DNA from: Alphaproteobacteria bacterium
GTDB lineage: Bacteria > Pseudomonadota > Alphaproteobacteria > SP197
Reading direction: 5' to 3'
Length of the DNA: 64,000 bases
Assembly (NCBI GenBank): GCA_964291265.2
Contig: OZ219747.1
Location: 352,001-416,000 of the forward strand
Below, one piece after another: positions 59,921 to 64,000 of this stretch. The notes under the pieces were generated by a model. It made no database searches and had not been told where the DNA came from. It saw only the letters and a list, made by a program, of their open reading frames with translations. How positions within the stretch are numbered: position 1 is the stretch's first letter; each line of letters opens with the position of its first letter. The translations under genes were made by a program, and so were the position numbers.

Positions 59921-62677
59921 TCAGGAAACCGTGGCTCCGGTCCTTTGTCCGGCGCTGGCGGAGATCCTGCCGTGGCACTGCTTGTACTTGCGCCCGGAAC
60001 CGCAGGGACAGCGTTCGTTGCGCCCTACCCTGCCCCAGGTCGAGGGATCGGCGGGATTGCGATCGCCCTGCCTGACGCGGCGCAGCGAGGCCGGCATCGG
60101 CCGCCACCCGCCACGCGCAGACAACGGCGTCTCGGGGGCGCCGCGCGAGTCCTGCATGCGCTGCCGCGCCTCCTCCTGGCGCTGCGCTTCCATCTCCGCC
60201 GACGAACGGATCTCGACGCGCATCAGAAGCTGGGTGACCGCTTCGCGCACGGAGACGAGCCAGTCGTCGAACAGGTTGAAGGCTTCCCTCTGGTATTCCC
60301 GCAGCGGATCCCTCTGCGCGTAGCTTCTCAAACCGACAGACTGCCGCAGGTGGTCGAGAGCAAGCAGGTGGTCGCGCCATTTCTGGTCGATGACCTGAAG
60401 GAGCAGGCTCTTTTCGGCGATTCTCATCACCTCCGGCGTGAACTCCTTCTCCTTGCGGTCCATGGCCGCGTCGGCAGCGACGAGAACGCGGTCGAGCACT
60501 TCCTCCTCGGCGATACCCTCCTCGGCCGCCCATGCGGTGACCGGAAGATCGAGTCCCAGAATGCGCCGGAGGTCGTTCTCGAGACCCTCGATGTCCCACT
60601 GTTCGGAGTAGGTGTCGGCGGGAATGGCGCCGTTCACGCAGTTCTCGAGGACTTCCCGGCGCATGGTCTTGATGGTTTCGGCGACCTCGGTCGCGGCCAT
60701 CAGGTCGCGGCGCTGCTCGTAGACAACCTTGCGCTGGTCGTTCATGACGTTGTCGAAGCGCAGCAGCGACTTGCGGATCTCGAAGTTGCGGGCCTCGACC
60801 TTGCCCTGCGCCCTCTCGATTGCCTTGTTGACCCAGGAATGGGCGATCGCCTCGCCTTCCTCAAGGCCCAGTTTCTGGAGCATGGAGTCGAGCTTGTCGG
60901 ACCCGAAGATGCGCATCAGGTCGTCTTCGAGGGAGAGCAGGAAGGTTGACGCTCCCGGATCACCCTGGCGGCCGGAACGACCACGTAGCTGGTTGTCGAT
61001 GCGCCGGCTCTCGTGTCGTTCCGTGCCGACGATGAAGAGGCCGCCGGCCTCGAGGACCCGGTCGCGCTCGCTGGCGACCTCGGCGCGGATCGTCTCTTCC
61101 CGGCTCTTGCGTTCCGCCTCGTCCGCGATGTCGGAAAGTTCCTGATCGATCCGCATGTCCGCATTGCCGCCAAGCTGGATGTCGGTACCCCGGCCCGCCA
61201 TGTTCGTGGCGATGGTCACCGCACCGAAGCGTCCGGCCTGGGCAATGATGGCGGCTTCCTGTTCGTGGTAACGCGCGTTCAGCACGAGGTGATCGATTTT
61301 CTTCTTCTTCAGCTGATCCGAGATCATCTCCGACTTCTCGATCGACACGGTGCCGACGAGAACCGGCTGCCCGCGCTCGTGGCAGTCCCCGATCAGGTCG
61401 AGGATCGCATCGTGCTTCTCGGCAACCGTGCGATAGACCTCGTCGTCGCTGTCGGTGCGGATCATCGGCTTGTGGGTCGGGATCTCGAGCACTTCGAGCC
61501 CGTAGATCTCGGCAAACTCCCCGGCCTCGGTCATCGCCGTGCCGGTCATGCCGGCGAGCTTGTCGTAGAGGCGGAAGTAGTTCTGGAAGGTGATGGAGGC
61601 GAGAGTCTGGTTCTCGGTCTGGATGGGCACCCGTTCCTTGGCCTCGAGGGCCTGGTGAAGGCCGTCCGAGTAGCGGCGGCCTTCCATCATGCGCCCGGTG
61701 AATTCGTCGATGATGACGACCTTGCCATCCTTGACGATGTAGTCGACGTCCCTGGTGAAGAGCTTGTGGGCGCGCAACGCCTGGTTCACGTGGTGCACGA
61801 GAGTGACGTTCTGGACGTCGTAGAGCGAGCCCTCTTCCATCAGGCCGGCGTCCTTCAACAACGTCTCGACGGAATCGGCACCGTCGTCGGTGAATGTCAC
61901 GGTGCGGCGCTTCTCGTCCTTCTCGAACGCGTTGTCGGGAAGACGGGGAATCAGGATATCCACCTTGCGGTAGACGTCGGAGGTGTCCTGGGTCGGACCG
62001 GAGATCACCAGCGGCGTTCTTGCCTCGTCCACCAGGATGCTGTCGATCTCGTCGACGATGGCAAAGTTCTGCCCTCGCTGGACCATGGTCTCCAGGGAGA
62101 ACTTCATGTTGTCGCGAAGGTAATCGAAGCCGAACTCGTTGTTGGTGCCATAGGTGACATCGCAGGCGTACTGCTCCTTGCGATCGGCATCCGACAGACC
62201 GGAAACGATGCAGCCGACACTCAGTCCGAGGAAGCGGTAGACCTCGCCCATCCAGGCGGCATCGCGACGCGCCAGGTAGTCGTTCACCGTCACCACGTGA
62301 ACACCCTTGCCGTCGAGGGCATTGAGATAGACCGGAAGTGTCGCCACGAGGGTCTTCCCCTCGCCGGTCTTCATCTCCGAAATCTTGCCCTTGTGAAGCA
62401 CCATGCCACCCTGGAGCTGAACGTCGAAATGACGCTGGCCCAGGGTTCTCTTCGCCGCCTCGCGCACGGTTGCGAAGGCCTCGACGAGGAGATCGTCTCT
62501 CGGGGTGCCGTCGGCGAGACGCTGGCGGAACTCCCCGGTGCGGGCGGCGAGTTCGGCGTCGCCGAGCGGCTCCAGTTCCGCCTCGAGTGCGTTGATACGG
62601 TCGACGGTCTTGCCGAGCTTCTTGATGACACGCGAATTGGCCGACCCGAAGAGCCGGTTCGCGAAGTTGCCGAGCAT
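59921..62677 (-). CDS. secA: preprotein translocase ATPase SecA
   Basis: [34 protein letters not shown] and C-terminal CPCGSG..YKQCH motifs. Confidence 0.98.
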   Translation of the reverse strand: MLGNFANRLFGSANSRVIKKLGKTVDRINALEAELEPLGDAELAARTGEFRQRLADGTPRDDLLVEAFATVREAAKRTLGQRHFDVQLQGGMVLHKGKISEMKTGEGKTLVATLPVYLNALDGKGVHVVTVNDYLARRDAAWMGEVYRFLGLSVGCIVSGLSDADRKEQYACDVTYGTNNEFGFDYLRDNMKFSLETMVQRGQNFAIVDEIDSILVDEARTPLVISGPTQDTSDVYRKVDILIPRLPDNAFEKDEKRRTVTFTDDGADSVETLLKDAGLMEEGSLYDVQNVTLVHHVNQALRAHKLFTRDVDYIVKDGKVVIIDEFTGRMMEGRRYSDGLHQALEAKERVPIQTENQTLASITFQNYFRLYDKLAGMTGTAMTEAGEFAEIYGLEVLEIPTHKPMIRTDSDDEVYRTVAEKHDAILDLIGDCHERGQPVLVGTVSIEKSEMISDQLKKKKIDHLVLNARYHEQEAAIIAQAGRFGAVTIATNMAGRGTDIQLGGNADMRIDQELSDIADEAERKSREETIRAEVASERDRVLEAGGLFIVGTERHESRRIDNQLRGRSGRQGDPGASTFLLSLEDDLMRIFGSDKLDSMLQKLGLEEGEAIAHSWVNKAIERAQGKVEARNFEIRKSLLRFDNVMNDQRKVVYEQRRDLMAATEVAETIKTMRREVLENCVNGAIPADTYSEQWDIEGLENDLRRILGLDLPVTAWAAEEGIAEEEVLDRVLVAADAAMDRKEKEFTPEVMRIAEKSLLLQVIDQKWRDHLLALDHLRQSVGLRSYAQRDPLREYQREAFNLFDDWLVSVREAVTQLLMRVEIRSSAEMEAQRQEEARQRMQDSRGAPETPLSARGGWRPMPASLRRVRQGDRNPADPSTWGRVGRNERCPCGSGRKYKQCHGRISASAGQRTGATVS

Positions 62678-62827
62678 GGAAACCGTCTTCCTTCCGCCGC
62701 GATTCCGGCGTCGTTCTTCCCTGAAACAGATAGGTCCGCAGCCAGGAGCTGTCAATGTCACGAGGCATCCACGACGGCGCTCCGCCGCGGCCTTGTGCAG
62801 GCCCGCAGGATGTGGTCTTTGCGTCTC

Positions 62828-63649
62828 ATGACGATTCTCCGTTCCGCCATCGGCTGGCTCCTCGTGAGCGTTCCCGTCTTTGCCAGCGACCCGGTTGTCC
62901 GGATCAACGGCGACGAGATCACCAGGGCCGATATCGATGCCTTCGTGGCCGGTCTTCCGCCCGAAGTGGCGGCCACGCCTCCCGCAGACCTGTGGATGCC
63001 GGTGATCGAGAGGATGATCAGCGACCGCCTGATCGTCGAGGAAGCGCGGCGTCTCGGCATCCAGGACTCGGCCGCATTCATGGCCGAGCGGGCGCGCCTC
63101 GAAGAGGACCTGCTGCGGCGTCTCTATGTCGAGTCACTCGTCCGGCAGACCGTCACGCCGGAGACCGTGGCGGCGGCCTACGACGCATGGGTCGCCGACC
63201 TGACGGCGGACGGCCTTCCCCTGGAGGTCCATGCCAGCCACATCCTCGTTGCCTCCTTCGACGAGGCACAGCAAGTCACGCTCAAGGCGCGCCAGAGCGA
63301 GGACTTCGCGGAACTGGCGCGAAGCCAATCGATCGGCCCGACAGGTCCGCAGGGCGGCGATCTCGGCTGGTTCAGGGCGGGCATGATGGTTGCCGAGTTC
63401 GAGGAGGCCGCCTGGGCACTCGCTCCGGGCGAGGTCTCCGATCCGGTCGAGACGAGATTCGGATGGCATGTCATCAAGGTCCACGGCAGGCGGACCATGG
63501 AGGTGCCCCCGCTCGGCGAGGTGGAGGCCATGCTCCGTGAGGAGCTCTCGCGCCAGACCATTGCCGACGACCTCGAGCGCCTCCTGACAGCTGCCGCCAT
63601 CGAGATCCTGACCACACAGCCGCCGGACGACTTCGGGAAGGCCGAATGA
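62828..63649 (+). CDS. parvulin/PpiC-type peptidyl-prolyl isomerase
   Basis: HASHILV, GGDLGWF, MVAEFE and ETRFGWHVI motifs; signal peptide; secA-ppiC-argJ synteny. Confidence 0.9.
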   Translation: MTILRSAIGWLLVSVPVFASDPVVRINGDEITRADIDAFVAGLPPEVAATPPADLWMPVIERMISDRLIVEEARRLGIQDSAAFMAERARLEEDLLRRLYVESLVRQTVTPETVAAAYDAWVADLTADGLPLEVHASHILVASFDEAQQVTLKARQSEDFAELARSQSIGPTGPQGGDLGWFRAGMMVAEFEEAAWALAPGEVSDPVETRFGWHVIKVHGRRTMEVPPLGEVEAMLREELSRQTIADDLERLLTAAAIEILTTQPPDDFGKAE

Positions 63650-64000
63650 GCAGCCAGACGGACATCTCGCCCTTCGCACCGGAACGGTTCCCCGACATGC
63701 ACCGGGTACCGGGCGTGCGCCTCGGGGCCGGTCGCTGCGGTATCAGGCAGACGGACACCAGTCTCGACCTCATGGTGGCCGCGTTCGACCGGCCCGCCGC
63801 CGTGGCCGGCGTCTTCACGAAGTCGAGTACGGCCGGCGCCCCGGTCCAGTGGTGCCGTCGGCATCTCGCCCGCGGCACCGCAAGGGGGCTTGTCGTCAAC
63901 TCCGGCAACGCCAACGTCTTCACAGGAAAGGCCGGACGGGACGCCGTGGAAGCCATGGCCGGGCGGACGGCAGAGCTCGTCGGCGCCGAGCCCCGCGAGA
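63646..64000 (+). CDS. argJ: ornithine acetyltransferase, 5' part (runs off the window)
   Basis: AGVFTKS..AGAPVQWC and VVNSGNANVFTG motifs. Confidence 0.92.
   Translation, partial: MSSQTDISPFAPERFPDMHRVPGVRLGAGRCGIRQTDTSLDLMVAAFDRPAAVAGVFTKSSTAGAPVQWCRRHLARGTARGLVVNSGNANVFTGKAGRDAVEAMAGRTAELVGAEPRE

Noticed and set aside
61013-62800. 878-aa plus-strand ORF and other long antisense or alternate-frame ORFs (e.g. 12761-14314, 44997-46508, 52180-53919)
   Set aside because: Shadow ORFs of real genes in high-GC DNA; only the last ~270 aa of 61013-63649 (the PPIase) is credible.
1-64000. CRISPR arrays, tRNA/rRNA genes, prophage genes
   Set aside because: None recognised by eye; short or degenerate cases could be missed without tRNAscan or CRISPR finders.

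Overview
GC-rich alphaproteobacterial chromosome segment; the lpx/kdtA, suf and secA-ppiC-argJ gene orders are typical of that class. Housekeeping blocks are msbA(3')-waaA-lpxK-lpxL, rrf2-sufBCDSU-sufT-sufA-slt and secA/ppiC/argJ. They alternate with osmolyte/amine catabolic clusters (argE-ehuBCDA-2xPhyH-doeA-M24; proVW / Rieske-BKACE) and several decayed accessory patches. Main finds: (1) a complete IS66-family element (22818-25700; 14-bp IRs, 8-bp TSD) whose transposase gene is split by a 660-nt group II intron that has lost almost all of its RT ORF, and removing the intron restores the transposase frame exactly; (2) an intact, tightly coupled ABC-ATPase / PIN / RNA-ligase operon (30485-32994), a candidate cut-and-reseal defence or stress system; (3) an intact orphan+HEPN gene pair inside a pseudogene graveyard; (4) an atypical ectoine-type catabolic cluster. 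All family calls come from motif recognition by eye; no database searches were run.
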